The notes below the pieces were generated by a model that saw nothing but the letters and a program-made list of their open reading frames with translations, did no database searches and had not been told where the DNA came from. Of a DNA stretch of 64,000 nucleotides, positions 1-13,044 are shown piece after piece. Position numbers and translations under genes: made by a program. The first letter of the stretch is position 1. Each line of letters starts with the position of its first letter. The DNA is from Haliotis rubra (taxonomy: Eukaryota): positions 248,001 to 312,000 of the forward strand of contig NW_025766978.1 in assembly GCF_003918875.1 (NCBI RefSeq), read 5' to 3'.

Positions 1-45
1 CAGCAATAAAGAAGTTGTTTATCCATATATTGTTATCCTTCCCTG
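1..45 (+). mobile_element. 3' edge of a Penelope-like pseudo-LTR remnant (truncated by the window start)
   Basis: caataaagaagttgtttatccata matches the segment following the hammerhead-like core at 45189-45215 (caataaagaagaaattgatatccata). Confidence 0.3.
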
Positions 46-932
46 TCCACGAAGGGCAGTGTAAAACGTATATATTCGTCTACATCTCGTGAAAGTCAAG
101 TGAGTGAAACCTACAGACCCATCCATGTTTTGAAGCACAGACGCGTGAAATCGTCGTTCAGAATATGACGTACCGTTGTACTATCAAGCTTGTGTTATTT
201 TTTAGGTACAGACTTTCAAGTTACATGACCAGTTCTCATCTTACATTTATCAAGCCCAATACAGTCGCGCTATGAAATCCATTCACGGCGTGCACTTCAG
301 ACCATCACGACTGCTGTCTGAGGCAACATCTGTACTAATGGACTCCGGGCAACTGGAAATCTGTCATATTGGGGACACGAACAAAAGCTATATTACGACT
401 GACTAAATACGTGACACTCGGCCCTCAAGGAGAGTTAGTAGTTTCCACACGCTAACACTTGTAGGATGACAACTGTTATTGAATAACGGTAAATCCATAT
501 GTTGGAGAAAGGCTGCAGGCCGCAAGGGCACGGATTTCTTGCACTTCACACAGCTGTCATGTCAACAACACACTGAGTCGCTAAGAGGTCAATGAATAGT
601 CAATACGACCAACCCCTCGTGGACAAACATGTTCACAAGACAAAATATTTACCTTGGTTTGTTCTATCATGAAGTAATTTAGGATAGTCAATGTGGTTTA
701 GCCCTGGATGGAGAGTCTCGCGACCGATAGTCCCCTCAGCCACACCGACAACCCACACCAGCTTTAAGAACTTTATACAACTTAATTCCAGATCAACATT
801 GGTGTGTTCGGGTAGCGTGCTCGTTGGTGTGCTCTCTCGTGGCAGACATCTTGTGGTCGATTACTCAGATAAGCAAATTAGTGGTGGCAACCACTGTAAT
901 GTATACAATGTGTAGGGCATTATATTGACGAG

Positions 933-1136
933 GTCATTGCAGTATCAGTGTATATCTGTGATACCTAATTAGGACATTGCTGTGTCAGTGTATATCTGTG
1001 ATACCTAATTAGGACATTGCAGTATCAGTGTATATCTGTGATACCTAATTAGGACATTGCAGTATCAGTGTATATCTGTGATACCTACTGGGACATTGTA
1101 CTGTCAGCGTCCATCTGTGATACCTACTGGGACATC
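933..1136. repeat. Minisatellite, 40-bp unit, about 5 copies
   Basis: gacattgcagtatcagtgtatatctgtgatacctaattag repeated with period 40. Confidence 0.9.
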
Positions 1137-3315
1137 ACTACAGACATGCTCGGAATATCACAGACCCCGTGTCACTGCAGACAGTTACAAGATACACCTG
1201 ACATTAACAGTTCTTTTAGCGAAAGTATTAAGTAGCGTTCAATCGATATTTTTCGGGGGGGTTCTACTTAAAATTCTGCAGATGGGGAATTATCTGGTAG
1301 TTGCTTCAATAGTTGTGTGGTAGGCATATGGATGAATTACACGAATTTGGAAAGTCACTGACTATGTAACGGGCATGTGTATCACTACCAAACAGTTGTT
1401 CGCGAAACTGTCAGCGTATCCTGCTCCATGGGTGGCACTCGGCAGAAATATATACAAATACAAGCTCGTTAGTAACCTGAAAAACTCCTGCAAGTCCAAC
1501 TAGAGAATTGTCTACGACATTGAGTGCTGCATCAAAATTGGAAATCCCAACATTCCTGCCTCGTGATGTAACCCTGAATCCAGTGACAACCCAGTGAGCG
1601 ATATCATGAGCAACGATGAGCGACTGCGGGGTACAGCGACTGCGGGGTACGGCGACTTGCTGTTAACCCTGGCACCGACAAGCCAGTCCAGTACTAACCC
1701 GCAACCCACTGTAAATTTAATACTAGCACTGATATTAAACTGACGCAGAACTGCTTTTAATACTTCATTTATGGAACAACGTTCAGCAGAAAACGTTGTT
1801 TTTAGCATATTGATTGATTACATGTCATGATTAACAATGAAATCTAAAAACATTTTTATTGGGAATGAAGTATATCTTATGCGCGGCAACAAATGTTCAT
1901 TTTAAAAAATCCGAGAAGCATTTACAGTGAAATTAAACGATAAAATTACAGCAGTTTCACTCTGTAAAATCAAAAGTTCCACTTTTGAGTTCATTTGTGC
2001 CTGTCGCCTCCGAGTTCCAGAATATTCAGCTGTGGATTCTCAACGCGGTTATAAATCATATATTAACCCACATGTTAGCAATGATATGTTCTGAATTTCC
2101 TTCAGGGCAATTCTCACATGAGAGGAAATTGAGATTCTTCCTGGACATGTTATTAGAATTCATCGACAGATATATAATTTAGCACACCATGGGGACCGTT
2201 TTACAGCGAGTTAAACACCTGATCGATGAAGTTTAATCATTGCGAGAAAGTAAGATAGATCGGAGAGTTTAGAAAGAAACCTGGAAAGAAACTGTATGAA
2301 GAAGGAATGAAGAAAGGATATCGAAATCGTTGCAGAAACATTATTAGTCTTCTGAAGCTTTATGTATGTCGCATAAATCTCCCATCAGGTTGCACCACAT
2401 CCGGGTAGTTTACATTCTCGGGCATGTTTATCGTGCAATGAAAGAAGTAACACGGTGAATGTCACCCCCAAAAATAGAATTGATTTCGACCATACAATTG
2501 AATACTTAGGAAGATGCACCGAACGTAGAAGGCTTCTACTGTCAGGAACTACATTATATATGGTGCTAGAAAGCCTGAACTTAGCCGTCATATGGTTGTA
2601 ATTAAGCTATGGACCACAAGTGGTATTTCCTGACCCTCAATACTTGAAGAAAAGTCTTCCGTTCATGACTAATGTCTCTCTACTGGTACATAAATCACGG
2701 ACTGATCACGGTTCTGTAACACCTCTGGATTGCTATCTGTTTGGTGGCTATTCTGTATCTGTCGATTAAGCTTTTGATATATTATCCGGTTTATATATTA
2801 TCCAGCCCTTTGTCTAAATATCCGCTCGCTATTTCTCTGCCTTCTAGTGCAGCAGAACGGTATATACATTCCTTGAGAACAATTGCAGAAAATGTTACAA
2901 TTGAAGTATTCAAACTTTGTGCAGACAAAAGTAGGAAAATTAATATAGAATGAGGTAATGACTCATCCCGATCTTGTATTAATGACGGTATTACAGACCA
3001 AGAGAGTATCCAGAGATTGAAGGAAGCTTCCTTGTTCCTGGACAGCTCTTTCAGTGCCAGTCTGACGAGGAAATAATAGGTTGATATAATCAGGGATCAT
3101 TGGTCAAGAAAAGTGTCACAAATAACTACAATCTCATAAATATTTGCCCTGCCACTTAGTGGGAGCACGCATACGGGACTGCCTGCCCTAATTTCTGTCG
3201 TCTTGGTGACCTCTTCCATGAACCATAATTGGGCAGGGTTCACGGTAACGAGAGGCTCGGAAACCTAGAGCTACTGAATTAGCAATCACTGTCTTAGCGT
3301 GATGAGCTGGTTATA

Positions 3316-3740
3316 TACTACCCATCAAAAGTTTAGACTCACTTAAAGCACTCACTATATGTTATGTATATGTATGTGGTTACATCGAAGATGAATTTCT
3401 CCACCAACTTGGGGGAACCAACTGAAAACCTTATGCAGATGAATTGCACAAGGATGATGCTTCAAATTGCGAAAGGCATGAGCAAATGTCGTGCATGTGA
3501 ACAGATTCGTTTTGGTGTAAAGTTTTGTTAAGAATTCGCCAATTTTCACAGATTTTAATCATTTACTGAACTCATGACAATAATCTTTTCAATGTTACGA
3601 ATATGTTTTACAATACACCAGTTCATAACTAAACAGTACTTTTAAACAGTATGGAATATTTTGCAAAAAGCTAGTTTAGAACAATGGACAAGTAAGTGGC
3701 TACATTTACACTAGTGAGTCTAAACTTTTGATGGGTAGTA
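3316..3740. mobile_element. Tc1/mariner-type MITE, about 425 bp
   Basis: Perfect ~28-bp TIRs tactacccatcaaaagtttagactcact / agtgagtctaaacttttgatgggtagta, flanked by TA; no coding capacity. Confidence 0.9.
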
Positions 3741-4435
3741 TATATTGCTGCGGCACTTGGTTCAAACTGTCGCGTAACTGATGAATTGCGTTAATTTCTT
3801 GATTTGCCTTTTAGAATTTGAGCATCAATTTTGTGTTTAAATGAGGAAGAAGTGACAATTCCAGATATGTTATAAGTACAACCTGATTGCGATCAGTCAA
3901 CTTACCGCCAGAACAATCAGTACATCTCCCCTGTGTCTTGCAGGAAACCACATCTCAATACAGAATGTAGAAACCGGACCAAGGGCCATCATGACCTCGC
4001 CTGAAGAAACTGAAGAACATACATAGTCGCAAATATCAACGACACAAAGACACGAATCATATACAAATAAGATCTTTTCTTATGAACGAATCTCTAGCGT
4101 GCCATGTGTATCACCTTACCTACCCCAGTGGCCACCGTGGGCGTCTTGTATCGCCTCCTCTCCATCCTCTTTGACCAAGCGTCATCACTGACTGTCAAGT
4201 GATTTACATCATGAACATCGATCTACAAACACTTTATATCGGTCTGTTCACTTCACCACAATGCCAGGAAAGAGGACAAGAATATAGATTATTTAGTAAA
4301 ATTGTTTTTATTTTTTTATTTTTTTCACAATATACGTAAGTTACCTGCCACATCCAATAGAATCTGTCGGATGATTGGGATTCGTTACTCTGGCGCACCG
4401 ACGTTTTAAGGCTGCAATATTATTTCACATGTATG

Positions 4436-4912
4436 AACCCGTTTCCCGTCTCTAGGTGAAACCGTTACCCGTCTACAGGTAAACCCGTTACCCGTCTCCA
4501 GGTCCCGTCTCCAAGTCCCGTCTTTAGGTCAACCCTCTCTAGGTTACCCGTCTCAACCTGTTACCCGGGTCAACCCGTTACCCGTCTCTAGGTCAACCCT
4601 GTTACCCGTCTCTAGGTCAACCCGTTACCCGTCTCTAGGTCAACCCGAAACCCGTCTCCAGGTCAACCCGTTACCCGTCTCTAGGTCAACCCGAAACCCG
4701 TCTCCAGGTCAACCCGTTACCCGTCTCTAGGTCAACCCGAAACCCGTCTCCAGTTGAACCCGTTACCCGTCTCTAGGTCAACCCGTTACCCGTCTCTAGG
4801 TCAACCCGATACCCGTCTCCAGTTGAACCCGTTACCCGTCTCTAGGTCAACCCGAAACCCGTCTCCAGGTCAACCCGTTACCCGACTCTAGGTCAACCCG
4901 ATAACCGTCTCT
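4436..4912. repeat. Minisatellite, ~23-bp unit
   Basis: ggtcaacccgttacccgtctcta and variants in tandem. Confidence 0.9.
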
Positions 4913-5500
4913 TGAGGAATGAAAATTAGATGGAATTACTGGCTGCTCTTCCTATATCCTATATAGATACAGAGCAAGAGGGCAATGGAGAGCTACTGGA
5001 CAATACTGCCCGAGTACGCTGCATCCACGAGAGGAAGTCTGTGAAACAATTATGTCTAGTCGGTTCAAGTAGGCCGACCCTACTGGGCCGCATTAAACAG
5101 TCTCCAATTTGTAAAGACATCGAGTTATTATGAGCAGCCTAAGGTACAAGATGCAGTGATTAATTCTTCAAATTAGGAGACAAGGGTGCCACTTCCGCCC
5201 CGACTCTTTGTATTTGCAGATAGACGGACTTCTGATGTCTGGTGTGCCGTATTCATTACGGTAATGACCCCTCGCTGGTAAGTACTCGACTTAATGACAA
5301 TACATAATGAACATACGCCAAGGCATTATTTCAAAGCGTTTGTCAGCGCCGCGCTTTTAAATCAAATCAAGTGATACAAATTCAATAGCTAAAAGGGCCT
5401 TATATCTGATGTAGCTTATTGTGCACCAGTCATCTAGTGACCGACAAGCTTCATCCACACCTGGCACCACACAGTTAGTTGGAAGAATTTGATACTGACT

Positions 5501-6005
5501 CTACATGTACGTTGTCAGGATATACAATTCCAAGATTAGCATGGTAGACTGGACGAAGTGATTTCTCCTTTTATTCTAGCTTTAAATCTTTGTTAGACAC
5601 AGAAAGATATGTCATAGAATTGTTTAGTCATAAAGATTCATTACGAATATTTTGTAAACTTAGTTTCTTGTCACACAATTCAAAGATTTGTAAATTAAGA
5701 TACGATAAGGATTTTGATACTGTGAGTGTTGTAGAAGATGAGTATCACATTGTATTAGTTTGTCCATATTATAAGCATCTAAGAGAGCAATTTATCTCTC
5801 AATATTATTTCACAAGTTCTACAAGGGTAAAATTGTGTCAATTGTTAACGTGTAACAATCCCTGTCATATAAAATATCTGTCCATATACTTGAAAACAAA
5901 CTTGCCAACATGAGCTGTCATGAGCACACTTTTGAAATGTACTTGCATGTGCTTTGGGCAATGAGGCCTTAGCACAGAATAAACTTGCCACTTGTCACTT
6001 GTCAC
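5501..6005 (+). mobile_element. 5'-truncated CR1-group (Zenon-like) LINE 3' end
   Basis: ORF 5590-5913 carries the C-terminal motif EDEYHIVLVCPYYKHLR; AATAAA followed by a (cttgtca)n tail; 12-bp TSD ttgatactgact at 5489-5500 and 6006-6017. Confidence 0.85.
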
Positions 6006-6397
6006 TTGATACTGACTAAAGCTTGATGTTTAGTCCCTTCTCAAAACGATATATATACAATGATTTTAAACGCAACGCATAAGATGGTGTACTTCATTTC
6101 CCACGTACATTCTATCACAAGACGACATATATTAATTAATTTTGCTAGGTTACAGTGATGTGACGGGACGTCACCGATCATTGCAACAGTCAGAAGAATC
6201 ATGGGTGTGTACTGACACCACCTAAGATATATCTAGAAAGAACGTTTCTTTTTTGTTTTCTAATTCGAATTTCATGTCCTGAGTGATGCCATTATTCAGA
6301 AAGCAACATGTCTAGCGGGATACGGGAGCTGTATATTTTTACAACCTAAATGTTCTTCCACGCTGTGGAAGGCCAAAGAGACAGATATGATATTAAA

Positions 6398-8590
6398 CGG
6401 GGCAGGCTTGGGAACATCCTGCAACATCCGAGTGTACGGGGCAGGCTTGCAAACATCCTGCAACATCCGAGTGTACGGGGCAGGGTTGGGAACATCCTGC
6501 AACACCTGAGTGTACGGGGCAGGCTTGGGAACATCCTGCAACATCCGAGTGTACGGGGCAGGCTTGGGAACATCCTGCAACATCCGACTGTACGGGGCAG
6601 GGTTGGGAACATGCTGCAACATCCGAGTGTACGGGGCAGGGTTGGGAACATCCTGCAACATCCGAGTGTACGGGACAGGGTTCGGAACATCCTGCAACGT
6701 CCGAATGTACGGGGTAGGGTTGGGAACATCCTGCAACATCAGAGTGTACGGAATAGAGTTGGGAACATGCTGCAACATCCGAGTGTACGGGGTAGCGTTG
6801 GGAACGTCCCGTAACATCGTTGTGTACGGGACAGAGTTGGGAACATGCTCCAACATCCGAATGTACGGAATAGAGTTGGGAACATCCTGCAACACCTGAC
6901 TGTACGGGGCAGGGTTGGGAACATGCTGTAACATCCGAGTGTGCGGAATAGAGTTGGGAACATCCTGCAACATCCGAGTGTGCGGGACAGGGTTGGAAAC
7001 ATGCTGCAACATCCGAGTGTACGGGACAGGGTTGGGAACATCCTGCAACATCCGAGTGTACGGGACAGGGTTGGGAACATGCTGCAACATCTGAGTGTAG
7101 GGGACAGGGTTGGGAACATCCTGCAACATCCGATTGTAGGGGACAGGGTTGGGAACATGCTGCAAGACCTGACTGTACGGGACAGGGTTGGGAACATGCT
7201 GCATGAGACCTGGTGACAGGGTTGGGAACATGCTGCAAGACCTGTGTACGGGGACAGGGTTGGGAACATCCTGCAAGACCTATGACTGTACGGGACAGGG
7301 TTGGGAACATGCTGCAAGACCTGACTGTACGGGACAGGGTTGGGAACATGCTGCAAGACCTGACTGTAGGGACAGGGTTGGGAACATGCTGCAAGACCTG
7401 ACTGTACGGGACAGGGTTGGGAGGAACATGCTGCCAACACCCTGACTGTAGGGGGGACAGGATTGGGAACATGCTGCAACACCTGATTGTACGGGACAGG
7501 GTTGGGAACATCCTGCAACACCTCCGACTGTAGGGACAGGGTTGGGAACATGCTGCAAGACCTGACTGTACGGGACAGGGTTGGGAACATCCTGCAACAC
7601 CCGACTGTAGGGGACAGGGTTGGGAACATGCTGCAAGACCTGACTGTACGGGACAGGGTTGGGAACATCCTGCAACATCCGACTGTAGGGGACAGGGTTG
7701 GGAACATGCTGCAAGACCTGACTGTACGGGACAGGGTTGGGAACATCCTGCAACATCCGACTGTAGGGGACAGGGTTGGGAACATGCTGCAAGACCTGAC
7801 TGTACGGGACAGGGTTGGGAACATCCTGCAACATCCGACTGTAGGGGACAGGGTTGGGAACATGCTGCAACACCTGACTGTACGGGACAGGGTTGGGAAC
7901 ATCCTGCAACATCCGACTGTAGGGGACAGGGTTGGGAACATCCTGCAACACCCGACTGTAGGGACAGGGTTGGGAACATCCTGCAACATCCGACTGTAGG
8001 GGACAGGGTTGGGAACATGCTGCAACACCTGACTGTAGGGGACAGGGTTGGGAACATCCTGCAACATCCGACTGTAGGGGACAGGGTTGGGAACATGCTG
8101 CAACACCTGAGTGTAGGGGACAGGGTTGGAAACATGCTGCAACATCCGACTGTAGGGGACAGGGTTGGGAACATGCTGCAAGACCTGAGTGTAGGGGACA
8201 GGGTTGGGAACATGCTGCAACATCCGACTGTAGGGGACAGGGTTGGGAACATGCTGCAAGACCTGACTGTACGGGACAGGGTTGGGAACATCCTGCAACA
8301 TCCGACTGTAGGGAACAGGGTAGGGGACAGGGTTGGGAACATGCTGCAACATCTGAGTGTACGGGACAGGGTTGGGAACATCCTGTAACATCCGATTGTA
8401 GGGGACAGGGTTGGGAACATGCTCCAACACCTGATTGTACGGGACAGGGTTGGGAACATCCTGTAACATCCGACTGTAGGGGACAGGGTTGGGAACATGC
8501 TGCAAGACCTGAGTGTACGGGACAGGGTTGGGAACAAGCTGCAACACTTTACTGTACGGGACGGGGTTGGGAACATCCTGCAAGACCTGA
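6398..8590. repeat. G-rich minisatellite, 39-bp unit, about 55 copies
   Basis: gggacagggttgggaacat(c/g)ctgcaacatccgactgta(c/g); accounts for all the 13-aa-periodic ORFs on both strands. Confidence 0.95.
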
Positions 8591-8751
8591 GTTCGCGAAC
8601 AACTGGTATCATTCCTTTTTAATCGTGATTCACAAATGCATACCATTGAAAAATACACCGAGTTGTTTGACGGATTTCGAATAAGTATGAATGTTAGCCA
8701 TGGATGGTGTTTATGCCATAAAGGACCAGTTTATTTTTGATAATAATTTCG

Positions 8752-9818
8752 TACTTTGAAGATTACACAGATTCCCGAACGTTGGTTGGTTGAGAGAGCG
8801 GTCATGTGATCTAAATTTCAAGGTTCATTTCCCTTGAACCATTCAAATCGTTCATACGTGTGTAAACATCGTTCATACGTGTGTGAACGTTTTCGAGCCG
8901 ATCTGGGACATGTGAACTTTTGCCGGAACTATTTGCCGGGTTTTCCGATACAGATACTCGCTGTCCAGCTTGACGTAAACAAAATAAATCATTTGTATTC
9001 ACACTCCTTTTAAGTTATACATATCACTTACTTGTTTTTGCACGTAACAAAAAGCGCCAACTGAGCACAGTTTTGCAAAAATCTGACCGACAACGCGTCC
9101 GACAACAAGTCCCAGCCAGTGCGACCTAATTTTCCAATTTCCGCGATGGTTTCAAGGACCCCCAATGATCTTGCTGCATTTGCTGATGCCAATTTCGCGA
9201 GCGGTCCTGTCACAAATAAATAGAATACACCAACGAAATCTGCTTCCTATTCGCCACGCCGCACAACTTCGAAGTCGGTCAGTGTATTATTACGCGGTCA
9301 AACGAATCCGTCATAGTTTTATAGGTACAATGACAGTTTGTTAAAATGATATTGTTATTGATATTTGTTTCTGTTTGATAATTTTATTGATGTTATGTTT
9401 AATAAAGCAGTTTCAAGCCTATTGACTAATTTGTTGTAATATTTTAAGGAATACTTTGAGAACTATTTCTTCAAGGGTTGGGATACATGTGGAAAAAAAA
9501 ACCAAGTATACAAACATCGCTACAATACGGTCTTGAACAGAGTGACATTACAACATTTTACAGGCATTAAAACACATCACTGTAAACAATGATCAAGTAG
9601 AAGTGGGTACAATACGTATGTGTAAACATCAAAGTGCGAAATTATAAGAATTGAATGTCACTTTGTGTGTTTGCACTGAAAAATGAACGATGTCAAGGCG
9701 TTGTTCAAACTCTCGTGTGAACTCGCTCGTAAAATTCGCTCGTTCACACGAGTTTGAACAACGCTGTGACATCGTTCATTTTTCAGTGCAAACACACAAA
9801 GTGACATTCAATTCTTAA
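8752..9818. mobile_element. Non-autonomous insertion ending in a 173-bp hairpin (Crypton/Helitron-like; family uncertain)
   Basis: Separates one 62-bp satellite unit (8690-8750) from the rest of the array (from 9820); near-perfect palindrome at 9645-9817; no clear TSD. Confidence 0.55.
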
Positions 9819-9819
9819 T

Positions 9820-10295
9820 TGAGGTAAAGTTAACTGTGGATGTTGTTTATGCCATAAAGGACCAGGTTTTGTATATGATATTGAGGTAAAGTTAACTGTA
9901 GATGTTGTTTATGCCATAAAGGACCAGGTTTTTTATATGATATTGAGGTAAAGTTAACTTTGGATGTTGTTTATGCCATAAAGGACCAGGTTTTTTATAT
10001 GATATTGAGGTAAAGTTAACTGTAGATGTTGTTTATGCCATAAAGGACCAGGTTTTTTATATGATATTGAGGTAAAGTTAACTTTGGATGTTGTTTATGC
10101 CATAAAGGACCAGGTTTTTTATATGATATTGGCGAAAGGTTAACCACGAACATTGTTTATGCCATGTAGGACCTTTATATGATATTGGAGTAAAGTTAAC
10201 CACGAACATTGTTTATGCCATGTAGGACCTTTATATGATATTGGAGTAAAGTTAACTATGACTGTTTTATGTTCCATGTAGGACCTTGATACGAT
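9820..10295. repeat. Minisatellite, 62-bp unit
   Basis: tgaggtaaagttaactgtagatgttgtttatgccataaaggaccaggttttttatatgatat, decaying to the right. Confidence 0.9.
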
Positions 10296-11684
10296 ACTGA
10301 AGCAATGCTACTACATTGGTTTAGAAGTCTGGTGTCGAGTAATGCCTTTTTCTGGCTCGCAGCACGAAACCAATAATCTTCCTCTGTATATGTCTGAAGT
10401 TCTAGTCGTTTGATCATCAGATCAGTTCATGCAATTCGAAAGAACGCTAAAAATAATACAGTGTTTATCATCTTTTGACACAGACGCCATATTTTGGAGA
10501 CTATTTCCCTGATATTAATTAACCGACTTGTCTGCAGATGTTACCACAGATGAAGACGGAAGTACATTAGTTTGCTTCTAAAGAAAACTGAAGGTGAAAT
10601 TAATTCCATAAATACCTCTATGGTATAATGATTCTGTCTGCATTGAATCCGGGCTCGACTTGGGCTAATAGAAAGCCAGCGGAATTAGGTTACCGTTTTG
10701 TTTGCAGTCTTTCAACAAACAAATGGCAGATACATGGAATACAGAAATAACAAGGCGTATGCGTGGTAACCCTGGCGGCTCACCACCCGTACCTGGCTGA
10801 GCAGCAGTTAGCAACAGGTACCACCGTCTCACAGGTGCCGTCCGTACTGCAATTTAATTATCTCTCTATTCTACACTCAAATTGCCTTTACAACAATTTG
10901 TCATCTTAATTAGTCCCGCGTGGCCATGTGGGGGCTAATTAATGACATATTCAGGCAAGGCATACTTGATCTAATGGTCAGTCGAGGATCAATCTTACCA
11001 TGTGTCACGCAAAGATTGTATAAAATAGCCATAACGATGTCAAGCATGTGTAAGGTGTATGGAAGTATAATCTGGTGGATCTGCGTCGTGCGTCATCAGC
11101 TGGGTCGCAGTCATACGTTTGACATATTACACGGGGTATTTGCTGTGATGTAGATACGGAAATCTAATTAGTGTGTGAATGTGCTCGCTTATCCCGCATT
11201 GAAGATCAATAATAAATACTTCGTGTTCAGCCATATGAGTCTGGGATGTATAACGAATTGCGAGAATTGATCAAGTGTATTAACTTAAGGTGGTAACATT
11301 GTAATGACTAAAGAAGCGAAGATGAAGTGAAATCTGGTGTGTGTGCGTGTGTGCCTACAGGTTAAAACAACATGATATGGTCCAGTGATCAGGAAGTGAA
11401 GTTAATGGGAATACACCGATCTGACCTGTTCTACCCCTGCTAAAATGAACTTGACCAGTTAGTTGGTTAATCAACTGACCTGTTCTACGGTGTCTTCCCA
11501 CTCTGCCTACAGAAGTTTAAAAATCGACAAGTGTTGGTTGGTAAGACATCTTTATTCATTCTGAGAATTCTCAGTCTTTACATGGAGACATGGATATATC
11601 ATGAAAAATTGATAAGTTTTACGGTCTTTTACTGGTTTTACAGTCTTTTACTGGTTTCACAATTACACACAACTGACAAGGATG

Positions 11685-12010
11685 TCCATTTCGTTGCCAT
11701 GGACTCCTATATGTGACGGAACCCAGATAAAATGTTTTTGATTATTTTTGTTTTGGGGTATAGTATTCTTCTGTATATGGTATTTATTAGATCTGGTCTT
11801 TTTGTTGTAGAGTTTTTTTAGAGCCTGTATGGAGCTTAAGGAATCCGTAAAAATGCAGATGGTAGTGTTTGTTTGGTCAGATGTTGTTTGCAAGGCCTGA
11901 ACTATGGCTGCGAGTTCTGCTGTGAAGATACTGGAGTTTGCCGGGAGATTATAGGATTGTTAAAGGCTTTTTTGGGGTATGTAGATACCAAAACCAGTAG
12001 TACTCTTTTG
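11685..12010 (-). mobile_element. RNase H fragment of an I-group LINE
   Basis: Minus-strand translation SSIFTAELAAIVQAL...IFTDSLSSIQAL...FIWVPSHIGVHGNEM. Confidence 0.85.
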
Positions 12011-12014
12011 ATTT

Positions 12015-12530
12015 GAAGTACATTCTAACAAATCCCATATTAATTAAACCACTCACTAAATATCTCATTCGTACAAAATTATACCAAGCAATCTAGCAAA
12101 AAAAACCCCAATAATACCACTTTTTACAATTTCAATTTTTTTATAAATATGTATATATTTTCTTTTAACTTTTTAAATCAGATCTCTCTATTTATCAAGT
12201 TCATTTTTTAACCTTTTATATATTTATCATTATTCACTTACTAAGTATGTTTTTAAACATGGGTTGGTTAAAAAGTACAGCAACAATAACCATTTACTGC
12301 ACCACATCTATATTACTCTTTACTCTTTGCCATTTCATATATATTTTTACCTTTTTAATTCGGCATCCCATTCAAATTTCTCTTAATACTCAGTTGTTGT
12401 TTTTTGTAGTAACACCACTCTTTCAAAATTTCTATTTTTTGTTCCCCTCATTTCTTTATAAGTATACTACCCCGTCGCCGAAATACCTTAGTTGTGCGTG
12501 TGACATTAAATAATGCAAATAACTACTACT
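12015..12530 (+). mobile_element. Probable LINE ORF2 end, 3' UTR and (act)n tail
   Basis: ILTNPILIKPLTKYLIRTKLYQAI* resembles I-group ORF2 termini; AT-rich UTR ending gtgtgacattaaataatgcaaataactactact. Confidence 0.5.
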
Positions 12531-13044
12531 ATCTTACTCCAAACGACACATCCCTTCTTCATTGATAATTAGGCTGTTCCATTATTCTACAGGGCAAAAA
12601 ATCATTTCCTAAAGGCTGCCTACAATATTTTTGTTGGCAGTTTGGGATGTAGGCAGTTTGGAACTGTAGCCAGTATGGGCCCTAACCCCTCAACCATGCT
12701 GCACCGTAACAAGGAAAATCCCTCTCAATGTATTCTGACTTTGTATACAGTTATTGTTTTATCCCCGTATTTCCGGACGCAGGGCAGGTCAACAACAAGT
12801 ACCATTTTGTAACTTATTTCGGACCAATTTTCTGAGAAGAAGCCGTCCAGTATTCCAAAGAGGTGGTCAGTGATTGAAGAAGACAACAGAGTTTGTATCA
12901 CAGTTTGCTTTTCTAGTAGTATCTACACAAGGCGTGGGAATTGCGTCTGATTGTAAGACTGCTCAGTTATACCATGACCACATACATTACAGTTAACATG
13001 GTCATAACCACGTCATGCGGTCATTGGCTAGAGGATCATACACG

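Noticed and set aside
3182-3255. Two overlapping stems suggesting a pseudoknot
   Set aside because: The zero-nucleotide linker cannot span the 11-bp stem, and there is no ribozyme core
6296-8658. Long ORFs (326-739 aa) resembling adhesive or Cys-rich proteins
   Set aside because: Produced by a 39-bp tandem repeat, open on both strands, with frameshifting units and no unique domains
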